Shown here one piece after another: positions 1 to 12,100 of a stretch of DNA of 64,000 nucleotides (the stretch's first letter is position 1; the number at the start of each line of letters is the position of its first letter). The notes below the pieces were generated by a model. It made no database searches, was not told the DNA's origin, and saw only the letters and a list, made by a program, of their open reading frames with translations. Where the stretch lies: assembly GCA_032718475.1 (NCBI GenBank), contig JAUCBJ010009113.1, forward strand, positions 1 through 64,000, given 5' to 3'. Position numbers and translations under genes: made by a program. The stretch comes from Nemertoderma westbladi (taxonomy: Eukaryota > Animalia > Xenacoelomorpha).

Positions 1-54
1 AGAAGACATTCTAATTTGGCGGGTTAAACTGCCAAAGGTCTGAAAGCGCGAACA
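1..54 (+). mobile_element. 3' tip of an LTR (3' or solo LTR) of the same family as the outer BEL element
   Basis: Matches 20340-20393 and 48206-48259 with one mismatch and ends ...GCGAACA. It is followed by ACTTC (predicted TSD), not by the internal sequence ATAACGG. Confidence 0.9.
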
Positions 55-215
55 ACTTCTCTGCAGTGCATCTTGTCTCCACTTTTCACTTCTCTGCAGT
101 GCCTCTTGTCTCCATTTTTCACTTCTCTGCAGTGCCTCTTGTCTCCATTTTTCACTTCTTTGCAGTGCTTCTTGTCTCCCTTTTTCACTTCTTTGCAGTG
201 CATCTTGTCTCAATT
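55..215. repeat. 33-bp tandem repeat, ~5 diverged copies
   Basis: Unit ~CACTTCTCTGCAGTGCCTCTTGTCTCCATTTTT; lies in the C-terminal part of the minus-strand Rep-like gene. Confidence 0.85.
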
Positions 216-620
216 TCTCACATTCTAAATAATCTAGAATATCTATGTTCCTCTGCGCTCTTTTCCACGTTGACAACCAAGATACCTGATGTGTTTGCAA
301 GTATTCAGGCACCTCTAGTAGTTTCCATTGCATCTTTGCTGTTCCCAATGATTTGCAAGGCTCTTGCCTCCATGTCCACTCTATGAAATCTGTTGGTGGC
401 AACATTTCTTCCAATGGAATTCTTGCTTGAACTGACCTACACTGTGTTGGTAGTTTCGATGAGCAAAGTGTTGTTTTTGCAGTGGGGTCTTTGAAATAGC
501 ATTTCAGAGGTGCTATTTCTGTGCTCTTTCCTTTCAATTTCATTTTGATTTCTAATTTGGAAGCAAAATATAGGACAACCTCGAAATCCAACTTCTGAAC
601 AACTCCACAATATAGCCTTC

Positions 621-1238
621 TCCCATCTTTGTCTCCCATCTTTGTCTCCCATCTTTGTCTCCCATCTTTGTCTCCCATCTTTGTCTCCCATCTTTGTCTC
701 CCATCTTTGTTCCCATCTTTGTCTCCCATCTTTGTCTCCCATCTTTGTCTCCCATCTTTGTCTCCCATCTTTGTCTCCCATCTTTGTCTTCCATCTTTGT
801 CTCCCATCTTTGTCTCCCATCTTTGTCTCCCATCTTTGTCTCCCATCTTTGTCTCCCATCTTTGTCTCCCATCTTTGTCTCCCATCTTTGTCTCCCATCT
901 TTGTCTCCCATCTTTGTCTCCCATCTTTGTCTCCCATCTTTGTCTCCCATCTTTGTCTCCCATCTTTGTCTCCCATCTTTGTCTCCCATCTTTGTCTCCC
1001 ATCTTTGTCTCCCATCTTTGTCTCCCATCTTTGTCTCCCATCTTTGTCTCCCATCTTTGTCTCCCATCTTTGTCTCCCGTCTTTGTCTCCCGTCTTTGTC
1101 TCCCATCTTTGTCTCCCATCTTTGTCTCCCATCTTTGTCTCCCATATTTGTCTCCCATATTTGTCTCCCATATTTGTCTCCCATCTTTGTCTCCCATCTT
1201 TGTCTCCCATCTTCTCCCATCTTCTCCCATCTTTGTCT
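621..1238. repeat. 13-bp minisatellite (CCCATCTTTGTCT)n, ~47 copies
   Basis: Directly visible; amplified from the coding sequence AGACAAAGATGGG (RQRW). Confidence 0.97.
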
Positions 1239-2789
1239 ATTTTCTTGTATATCAAACTTACACTGCACTTTCACTCCAGAAACTTTCCCAGTTATTGTGT
1301 GAGCATACCAAGCTACATATATTGTTCCTGTTGTGTTAGATGCAATGACACAACACCTTGTCACCTCTTTTGCCAGAGCTAGCCAGTGAGTCCTCCCACT
1401 TTGCTGAACAAATAATCCCTCATATGGCTGTATGTCTTCTAATGCACTTCTCATTACTGTCACACCAAGATCTCTAGATATGTAATTCATAGAGTACAAG
1501 GACATCTCAACTCTTGTACATCCATATTGCTGGATCAATGGATGTTCTAAGGATTTCCGAAGACCAGGGTTCCTGCAATCAGCGTAGTCTGCCAAATGCC
1601 CTCGAAAATTCTCCAATACTTCTCCTGCTTGAAACTGACAAACAATTTTGTTGTACAGCTTCACTCTCATTGTATTTCCGCCCCAAGATGTGATGTATGT
1701 CAACACATGGTTTCCCACAGATGAAGTGTTTTCCAAAATTGTGGGCTGATCACCCTCCAATGCTGCTTGAAATGTCCCTTCCAACCTCCAACCTTTTGTT
1801 TCCACTAGATGTTTGACTATTGCCTTCCTATCGAGGGTTCCAGCAAAGTCCTTTGTATAGTCAACAGAGTATATTCCCCATCCACATGTCTGTAGTACTC
1901 TAACAAATTCAGCCAAGTGCTCCAGCAGATCATCTAGGTTGATTACAGATACATCCAACTTTGCAACAAAGACAGCAATAGGTTCTTTTTGTTCCAGGTT
2001 TTTCCAGTTTTTGATATTTTTCTCCTTCATCTCTCTTTCAATTTTATGCACTGTTTGCCTTATCACTCCATGAGATTGAAATGGTACAGAGGCTAATATT
2101 TTTGTGTGTATAAAGTCATCACAGTTCTTCCCGATTGTTTGTGTTGCCTCCCTCCTCAACTTCTCCACAATATACGAGGCAGACCAAAACCTTCCAGTTG
2201 TTAACATGACAGAACTTTTGGTTCTCACAACTTGATCTTCTCGAAGATACCCATACACATAAAGATCGTCAACAAACATTTCCAATTCAGGCACATCTTG
2301 AAGCAACATACTACCTCCATGGCCTGCTAGGTAATCTACTTTTGATATATCAGTTAAAAGATTAGACTCATAGGCATTCTCTAACAGTAGATGCATGCAA
2401 GCTGACTTCGGGGTTCTCAATCCCATCTGTTCAAATGTCAGGAACTGGGTAGTATCAATACTAGTTGGTTTAATCATGTTTTCACATATAGTAGTAGCCA
2501 TACAAATTTTCTATTAGTTTGATTTCTTAAGTAAATCAATTTTTTACATAATCTTAGTTACAGCAAGACAATAAATATATTGGACAGACCATTTGGATTG
2601 GTGCAACTCTACTCTGTATGAACTTCTAATCATATTGTGCTCATATAGAGTCAGAACATATGAACTATTTTCAGAAAATTTGAATCCATCAGTTTTTAAG
2701 TGAAAAATTAGGTGAATATGATAATTTTTGACAAATTGGTGTAAAAAAGTAGTTGAAATTTTACTGTAGTTTGAATTTTTTGTCAGTCT

Positions 2790-3800
2790 GGTAAGTAATT
2801 TGTTTGCATAATAGATCATTCTGGTTCATTGGTACATTTATGCCTTCAAAGTCTGCAACAATAACAAAAGGTAGCTTTGACTTATACCAATACTTTTCAA
2901 ATTTTAGAATATTATTTTTGTTTTTTTTATAGGCATGATGATTTTTGCTGATTTATTCCCATAACATAATTCTTCATGCTTTTGTAGACCTTCTGTTTTA
3001 AAGAAACTTCTCAGACAATTCCGACAGTAAAACAACGAGTGAGTAAGCGATGTATTTGTTTGAATGAAGCCATTTAAAAATGATGAAAATTTTGTAATCA
3101 AAGTATAATGTTGTTTCTCACCATCTGTAAGAAGCAACAAGTCTATCTGCTCTCTATCTCTGAAATTACTAATACGAAGGGGAAGAAGAGCTTTCTTATC
3201 TTCAATACAAAATACATTAATAGCATAATTGTTTTGTTTTTCAAATTTGTTAATTGACTTTAAAGTGACTGGGTAATCTATACCTTTCATATTTAGGATA
3301 TTTCCAAATGGTTTATACTTAGTAACTCGATATCTATGTTCTGATTGGGGTTGGATGTGTGCAAATATGCTCCATAGGAAACATTATTCATCATCATTCT
3401 TCACATTGACAATATAGGTTAATCTAAAAATATTATTTAAAAATATTTGAAAAAAACAGATAATTTTAATTTAGCTTCAGTGATTCCATTAAATATCAAC
3501 CCTGACTCTCTACCTTCCATTTCTTGAACCCATGTAGTTGTTTTAGTTTTTTTAGACTCTATTGCTTGATCAATGTTGTTTTCTGAAAGTATTAATTCTG
3601 GATCGTGGCTATTGTAATACAATTCAATGTCTCCCTTTATAGGATGTACAAATTTTATTCCCATAACAATTTGCAATTTGATTAATGATTTTGTTAACAT
3701 TCGTCTCATTTCAATCGAAGCTTTGTCTCTTATTGATTCAAAGAATGTATCAACAGATTGTTGTTCAAATGCCCTGATTTAATATTGGAAAGTTTTGTTT
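2790..3800 (-). pseudogene. Polinton/Maverick protein-primed DNA polymerase B, N-terminal/exonuclease fragment
   Basis: Fragments read EMEGRESGLIF, IVNVKNDDE*CFLWS, GIDYPVTLKSINKFEKQNNYAINVF, HYTLI, FYCRNCLRSF..LQKHEELC and, after a frameshift, LKFEKYWYKSKLPFVIVADFE (ExoI DxE). This is the typical Polinton pPolB N-terminal layout. Stops and frameshifts are present and the polymerase core is absent. Confidence 0.8.
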
Positions 3801-4124
3801 TTGAATTGCTTGGTCATGTGCAATTCAATTGAATGTTTACCTGACTGATTTTGTGTATTTGATAAACTCGCCATTTTATATATATTTTATTTCTTTAAAC
3901 CAATTATTTATAGATTACATCTTACTTCTAACATTAACCTTTGATCCCAAGATTAAACTATATAGAATGCAAGTCATTATAAAAATTACTTTAATTAACT
4001 TTCAATACCTCATGACCTTTGGTAAAGTGCTCATGGCATGAGCACTTGAATATCAATATAAATCATATATTGAGGAGGTTTCAATACCTTGGTTTCCAAA
4101 CCAAAGCCTACTCATACATTTTTT

Positions 4125-6063
4125 TTTTATCTACAATGACCTTTGATCAGCGTGTGAGAACCTATTATTTGTTTATCTACAATGACCTTTGATCAGCGTG
4201 TGAGAACCTATTATTTGTTTATCTACAATGACCTTTGATCAGCGTGTGAGAACCTATTATTTGTTTATCTACAATGACCTTTGATCAGCGTGTGAGAACC
4301 TATTATTTGTTTATCTACAATGACCTTTGATCAGCGTGTGAGAACCTATTATTTGTTTATCTACAATGACCTTTGATCAGCGTGTGAGAACCTATTATTT
4401 GTTTATCTACAATGACCTTTGATCAGCGTGTGAGAACCTATTATTTTTTTATCTACAATGACCTTTGATCAGCGTGTGAGAACCTATTATTTGTTTATCT
4501 ACAATGACCTTTGATCCGCGTGTGAGAACCTATTATTTGTTTATCTACAATGACCTTTGATCAGCGTATGAGAACCTATTATTTGTTTATCTACAATGAC
4601 CTTTGATCAGCGTGTGAGAACCTATTATTTTTTTATCTACAATGACCTTTGATCAGCGTGTGAGAACCTATTATTTTTTTATCTACAATGACCTTTGATC
4701 AGCGTGTGAGAACCTATTATTTGTTTATCTACAATAACCTTTGATCAGCGTGTGAGAACCTATTATTTGTTTATCTACAATGACCTTTGATCAGCGTGTG
4801 AGAACCTATTATTTGTTTATCTACAATGACCTTTGATCAGCGTGTGAGAACCTATTATTTTTTTATCTACAATGACCTTTGATCAGCGTGTGAGAACCTA
4901 TTATTTGTTTATCTACAATGACCTTTGATCAGCGTGTGAGAACCTATTATTTTTTTTATCTACAATGACCTTTGATCAGCGTGTGAGAACCTATTATTTT
5001 TTTATCTACAATGACCTTTGATCAGCGTGTGAGAACCTATTATTTGTTTATCTACAATAACCTTTGATCAGCGTGTGAGAACCTATTATTTGTTTATCTA
5101 CAATGACCTTTGATCAGCGTGTGAGAACCTATTATTTTTTTATCTACAATGACCTTTGATCAGCGTGTGAGAACCTATTATTTGTTTATCTACAATAACC
5201 TTTGATCAGCGTGTGAGAACCTATTATTTGTTTATCTACAATGACCTTTGATCAGCGTGTGAGAACCTATTATTTTTTTATCTACAATAACCTTTGATCA
5301 GCGTGTGAGAACCTATTATTTGTTTATCTACAATAACCTTTGATCCGCGTGTGAGAACCTATTATTTGTTTATCTACAATAACCTTTGATCCGCGTGTGA
5401 GAACCTATTATTTGTTTATCTACAATGACCTTTGATCAGCGTGTGAGAACCTATTATTTTTTTTATCTACAATAACCTTTGATCAGCGTGTGAGAACCTA
5501 TTATTTTTTTTATCTACAATGACCTTTGATCAGCGTGTGAGAACCTATTATTTTTTTATCTACAATGACCTTTGATCAGCGTGTGAGAACCTATTATTTG
5601 TTTATCTACAATAACCTTTGATCAGCGTGTGAGAACCTATTATTTGTTTATCTACAATGACCTTTGATCAGCGTGTGAGAACCTATTATTTTTTTATCTA
5701 CAATGACCTTTGATCAGCGTGTGAGAACCTATTATTTGTTTATCTACAATAACCTTTGATCAGCGTGTGAGAACCTATTATTTGTTTATCTACAATGACC
5801 TTTGATCAGCGTGTGAGAACCTATTATTTTTTTATCTACAATAACCTTTGATCAGCGTGTGAGAACCTATTATTTGTTTATCTACAATAACCTTTGATCC
5901 GCGTGTGAGAACCTATTATTTGTTTATCTACAATAACCTTTGATCCGCGTGTGAGAACCTATTATTTGTTTATCTACAATGACCTTTGATCAGCGTGTGA
6001 GAACCTATTATTTGTTTATCTACAATAACCTTTGATCCGCGTGTGAGAACCTATTATTTGTTT
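4125..6063. repeat. 46-bp tandem array, ~42 copies, subterminal
   Basis: Unit TTTGTTTATCTACAATGACCTTTGATCAGCGTGTGAGAACCTATTA with few variants. Confidence 0.97.
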
Positions 6064-6136
6064 AATATATATTGAAATAGCTCCACATGCATTATAAGGA
6101 GTAATTTTTAACCTGGGGGAGTAGTTGGTGGCCGCA

Positions 6137-9100
6137 TTATCCCTTTTTACTACTACTGTGAGGTTTCTTTGAGATTGACAAGAAATCGACCTCCGCACAT
6201 TTATCCCTTTTTACTACTACTGTGAGGTTTCTTTGAGACTGACAAGAAATCGACCTCCGCACATTTATCCCTTTTTACTACTACTGTGAGGTTTCTTTGA
6301 GATTGACAAGAAATCGACCTCCGCACATTTATCCCTTTTTACTACTACTGTGAGGTTTCTTTGAGACTGACAAGAAATCGACCTCCGCACATTTATCCCT
6401 TTTTACTACTACTGTGAGGTTTCTTTGAGATNNNNNNNNNNNNNNNNNNNNNNNNNNNNNNNNNNNNNNNNNNNNNNNNNNNNNNNNNNNNNNNNNNNNN
6501 NNNNNNNNNNNNNNNNNNNNNNNNNNNNNNNTGACAAGAAATCGACCTCCGCACATTTATCCCTTTTTACTACTACTGTGAGGTTTCTTTGAGATTGACA
6601 AGAAATCGACCTCCGCACATTTATCCCTTTTTACTACTACTGTGAGGTTTCTTTGAGATTGACAAGAAATCGACCTCCGCACATTTATCCCTTTTTACTA
6701 CTACTGTGAGGTTTCTTTGAGACTGACAAGAAATCGACCTCCGCACATTTATCCCTTTTTACTACTACTGTGAGGTTTCTTTGAGATTGACAAGAAATCG
6801 ACCTCCGCACATTTATCCCTTTTTACTACTACTGTGAGGTTTCTTTGAGACTGACAAGAAATCGACCTCCGCACATTTATCCCTTTTTACTACTACTGTG
6901 AGGTTTCTTTGAGATTGACAAGAAATCGACCTCCGCACATTTATCCCTTTTTACTACTACTGTGAGGTTTCTTTGAGACTGACAAGAAATCGACCTCCGC
7001 ACATTTATCCCTTTTTACTACTACTGTGAGGTTTCTTTGAGACTGACAAGAAATCGACCTCCGCACATTTATCCCTTTTTACTACTACTGTGAGGTTTCT
7101 TTGAGACTGACAAGAAATCGACCTCCGCACATTTATCCCTTTTTACTACTACTGTGAGGTTTCTTTGAGACTGACAAGAAATCGACCTCCGCACATTTAT
7201 CCCTTTTTACTACTACTGTGAGGTTTCTTTGAGACTGACAAGAAATCGACCTCCGCACATTTATCCCTTTTTACTACTACTGTGAGGTTTCTTTGAGACT
7301 GACAAGAAATCGACCTCCGCACATTTATCCCTTTTTACTACTACTGTGAGGTTTCTTTGAGACTGACAAGAAATCGACCTCCGCACATTTATCCCTTTTT
7401 ACTACTACTGTGAGGTTTCTTTGAGACTGACAAGAAATCGACCTCCGCACATTTATCCCTTTTTACTACTACTGTGAGGTTTCTTTGAGACTGACAAGAA
7501 ATCGACCTCCGCACATTTATCCCTTTTTACTACTACTGTGAGGTTTCTTTGAGACTGACAAGAAATCGACCTCCGCACATTTATCCCTTTTTACTACTAC
7601 TGTGAGGTTTCTTTGAGACTGACAAGAAATCGACCTCCGCACATTTATCCCTTTTTACTACTACTGTGAGGTTTCTTTGAGACTGACAAGAAATCGACCT
7701 CCGCACATTTATCCCTTTTTACTACTACTGTGAGGTTTCTTTGAGACTGACAAGAAATCGACCTCCGCACATTTATCCCTTTTTACTACTACTGTGAGGT
7801 TTCTTTGAGACTGACAAGAAATCGACCTCCGCACATTTATCCCTTTTTACTACTACTGTGAGGTTTCTTTGAGACTGACAAGAAATCGACCTCCGCACAT
7901 TTATCCCTTTTTACTACTACTGTGAGGTTTCTTTGAGACTGACAAGAAATCGACCTCCGCACATTTATCCCTTTTTACTACTACTGTGAGGTTTCTTTGA
8001 GACTGACAAGAAATCGACCTCCGCACATTTATCCCTTTTTACTACTACTGTGAGGTTTCTTTGAGACTGACAAGAAATCGACCTCCGCACATTTATCCCT
8101 TTTTACTACTACTGTGAGGTTTCTTTGAGACTGACAAGAAATCGACCTCCGCACATTTATCCCTTTTTACTACTACTGTGAGGTTTCTTTGAGACTGACA
8201 AGAAATCGACCTCCGCACATTTATCCCTTTTTACTACTACTGTGAGGTTTCTTTGAGACTGACAAGAAATCGACCTCCGCACATTTATCCCTTTTTACTA
8301 CTACTGTGAGGTTTCTTTGAGACTGACAAGAAATCGACCTCCGCACATTTATCCCTTTTTACTACTACTGTGAGGTTTCTTTGAGACTGACAAGAAATCG
8401 ACCTCCGCACATTTATCCCTTTTTACTACTACTGTGAGGTTTCTTTGAGACTGACAAGAAATCGACCTCCGCACATTTATCCCTTTTTACTACTACTGTG
8501 AGGTTTCTTTGAGACTGACAAGAAATCGACCTCCGCACATTTATCCCTTTTTACTACTACTGTGAGGTTTCTTTGAGACTGACAAGAAATCGACCTCCGC
8601 ACATTTATCCCTTTTTACTACTACTGTGAGGTTTCTTTGAGACTGACAAGAAATCGACCTCCGCACATTTATCCCTTTTTACTACTACTGTGAGGTTTCT
8701 TTGAGACTGACAAGAAATCGACCTCCGCACATTTATCCCTTTTTACTACTACTGTGAGGTTTCTTTGAGACTGACAAGAAATCGACCTCCGCACATTTAT
8801 CCCTTTTTACTACTACTGTGAGGTTTCTTTGAGACTGACAAGAAATCGACCTCCGCACATTTATCCCTTTTTACTACTACTGTGAGGTTTCTTTGAGACT
8901 GACAAGAAATCGACCTCCGCACATTTATCCCTTTTTACTACTACTGTGAGGTTTCTTTGAGACTGACAAGAAATCGACCTCCGCACATTTATCCCTTTTT
9001 ACTACTACTGTGAGGTTTCTTTGAGACTGACAAGAAATCGACCTCCGCACATTTATCCCTTTTTACTACTACTGTGAGGTTTCTTTGAGACTGACAAGAA

Positions 9101-12100
9101 ATCGACCTCCGCACATTTATCCCTTTTTACTACTACTGTGAGGTTTCTTTGAGACTGACAAGAAATCGACCTCCGCACATTTATCCCTTTTTACTACTAC
9201 TGTGAGGTTTCTTTGAGACTGACAAGAAATCGACCTCCGCACATTTATCCCTTTTTACTACTACTGTGAGGTTTCTTTGAGACTGACAAGAAATCGACCT
9301 CCGCACATTTATCCCTTTTTACTACTACTGTGAGGTTTCTTTGAGACTGACAAGAAATCGACCTCCGCACATTTATCCCTTTTTACTACTACTGTGAGGT
9401 TTCTTTGAGACTGACAAGAAATCGACCTCCGCACATTTATCCCTTTTTACTACTACTGTGAGGTTTCTTTGAGACTGACAAGAAATCGACCTCCGCACAT
9501 TTATCCCTTTTTACTACTACTGTGAGGTTTCTTTGAGACTGACAAGAAATCGACCTCCGCACATTTATCCCTTTTTACTACTACTGTGAGGTTTCTTTGA
9601 GACTGACAAGAAATCGACCTCCGCACATTTATCCCTTTTTACTACTACTGTGAGGTTTCTTTGAGACTGACAAGAAATCGACCTCCGCACATTTATCCCT
9701 TTTTACTACTACTGTGAGGTTTCTTTGAGACTGACAAGAAATCGACCTCCGCACATTTATCCCTTTTTACTACTACTGTGAGGTTTCTTTGAGACTGACA
9801 AGAAATCGACCTCCGCACATTTATCCCTTTTTACTACTACTGTGAGGTTTCTTTGAGACTGACAAGAAATCGACCTCCGCACATTTATCCCTTTTTACTA
9901 CTACTGTGAGGTTTCTTTGAGACTGACAAGAAATCGACCTCCGCACATTTATCCCTTTTTACTACTACTGTGAGGTTTCTTTGAGACTGACAAGAAATCG
10001 ACCTCCGCACATTTATCCCTTTTTACTACTACTGTGAGGTTTCTTTGAGACTGACAAGAAATCGACCTCCGCACATTTATCCCTTTTTACTACTACTGTG
10101 AGGTTTCTTTGAGACTGACAAGAAATCGACCTCCGCACATTTATCCCTTTTTACTACTACTGTGAGGTTTCTTTGAGACTGACAAGAAATCGACCTCCGC
10201 ACATTTATCCCTTTTTACTACTACTGTGAGGTTTCTTTGAGACTGACAAGAAATCGACCTCCGCACATTTATCCCTTTTTACTACTACTGTGAGGTTTCT
10301 TTGAGACTGACAAGAAATCGACCTCCGCACATTTATCCCTTTTTACTACTACTGTGAGGTTTCTTTGAGACTGACAAGAAATCGACCTCCGCACATTTAT
10401 CCCTTTTTACTACTACTGTGAGGTTTCTTTGAGACTGACAAGAAATCGACCTCCGCACATTTATCCCTTTTTACTACTACTGTGAGGTTTCTTTGAGACT
10501 GACAAGAAATCGACCTCCGCACATTTATCCCTTTTTACTACTACTGTGAGGTTTCTTTGAGACTGACAAGAAATCGACCTCCGCACATTTATCCCTTTTT
10601 ACTACTACTGTGAGGTTTCTTTGAGACTGACAAGAAATCGACCTCCGCACATTTATCCCTTTTTACTACTACTGTGAGGTTTCTTTGAGACTGACAAGAA
10701 ATCGACCTCCGCACATTTATCCCTTTTTACTACTACTGTGAGGTTTCTTTGAGACTGACAAGAAATCGACCTCCGCACATTTATCCCTTTTTACTACTAC
10801 TGTGAGGTTTCTTTGAGACTGACAAGAAATCGACCTCCGCACATTTATCCCTTTTTACTACTACTGTGAGGTTTCTTTGAGACTGACAAGAAATCGACCT
10901 CCGCACATTTATCCCTTTTTACTACTACTGTGAGGTTTCTTTGAGACTGACAAGAAATCGACCTCCGCACATTTATCCCTTTTTACTACTACTGTGAGGT
11001 TTCTTTGAGACTGACAAGAAATCGACCTCCGCACATTTATCCCTTTTTACTACTACTGTGAGGTTTCTTTGAGACTGACAAGAAATCGACCTCCGCACAT
11101 TTATCCCTTTTTACTACTACTGTGAGGTTTCTTTGAGACTGACAAGAAATCGACCTCCGCACATTTATCCCTTTTTACTACTACTGTGAGGTTTCTTTGA
11201 GACTGACAAGAAATCGACCTCCGCACATTTATCCCTTTTTACTACTACTGTGAGGTTTCTTTGAGACTGACAAGAAATCGACCTCCGCACATTTATCCCT
11301 TTTTACTACTACTGTGAGGTTTCTTTGAGACTGACAAGAAATCGACCTCCGCACATTTATCCCTTTTTACTACTACTGTGAGGTTTCTTTGAGACTGACA
11401 AGAAATCGACCTCCGCACATTTATCCCTTTTTACTACTACTGTGAGGTTTCTTTGAGACTGACAAGAAATCGACCTCCGCACATTTATCCCTTTTTACTA
11501 CTACTGTGAGGTTTCTTTGAGACTGACAAGAAATCGACCTCCGCACATTTATCCCTTTTTACTACTACTGTGAGGTTTCTTTGAGACTGACAAGAAATCG
11601 ACCTCCGCACATTTATCCCTTTTTACTACTACTGTGAGGTTTCTTTGAGACTGACAAGAAATCGACCTCCGCACATTTATCCCTTTTTACTACTACTGTG
11701 AGGTTTCTTTGAGACTGACAAGAAATCGACCTCCGCACATTTATCCCTTTTTACTACTACTGTGAGGTTTCTTTGAGACTGACAAGAAATCGACCTCCGC
11801 ACATTTATCCCTTTTTACTACTACTGTGAGGTTTCTTTGAGACTGACAAGAAATCGACCTCCGCACATTTATCCCTTTTTACTACTACTGTGAGGTTTCT
11901 TTGAGACTGACAAGAAATCGACCTCCGCACATTTATCCCTTTTTACTACTACTGTGAGGTTTCTTTGAGACTGACAAGAAATCGACCTCCGCACATTTAT
12001 CCCTTTTTACTACTACTGTGAGGTTTCTTTGAGACTGACAAGAAATCGACCTCCGCACATTTATCCCTTTTTACTACTACTGTGAGGTTTCTTTGAGACT

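Larger units (their letters stand above)
55..2501 (-). pseudogene. Disrupted gene for a putative Rep_trans-like (non-HUH) rolling-circle initiator/nickase
   Basis: ORF 2501->552 has motifs IYSVDYTKD, RVKLYNK and TRVEMSL, ordered like Rep_trans RxDxxxD / xYxK / RxE. The frame is broken by a 13-bp expansion, resumes as RQRWEKAILWSCSEVGFRGCPIF, then after another shift EIAPLKCYFKD...LPPTDFIEWTWR, and ends at the LTR. Family call rests on motif recognition only. Confidence 0.55.
55..6157. mobile_element. Right end of a decayed Polinton/Maverick-like element (left end outside window)
   Basis: pPolB remnant reading inward, a subterminal tandem array, and terminus ...TTTTTACTACTACT (reverse complement of the AGTAGT start typical of Polintons). 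Confidence 0.65.

Noticed and set aside
437-1382. Overlapping ORFs on both strands (SPIFVSHLCLP repeats)
   Set aside because: Artefacts of a stop-free 13-bp repeat.
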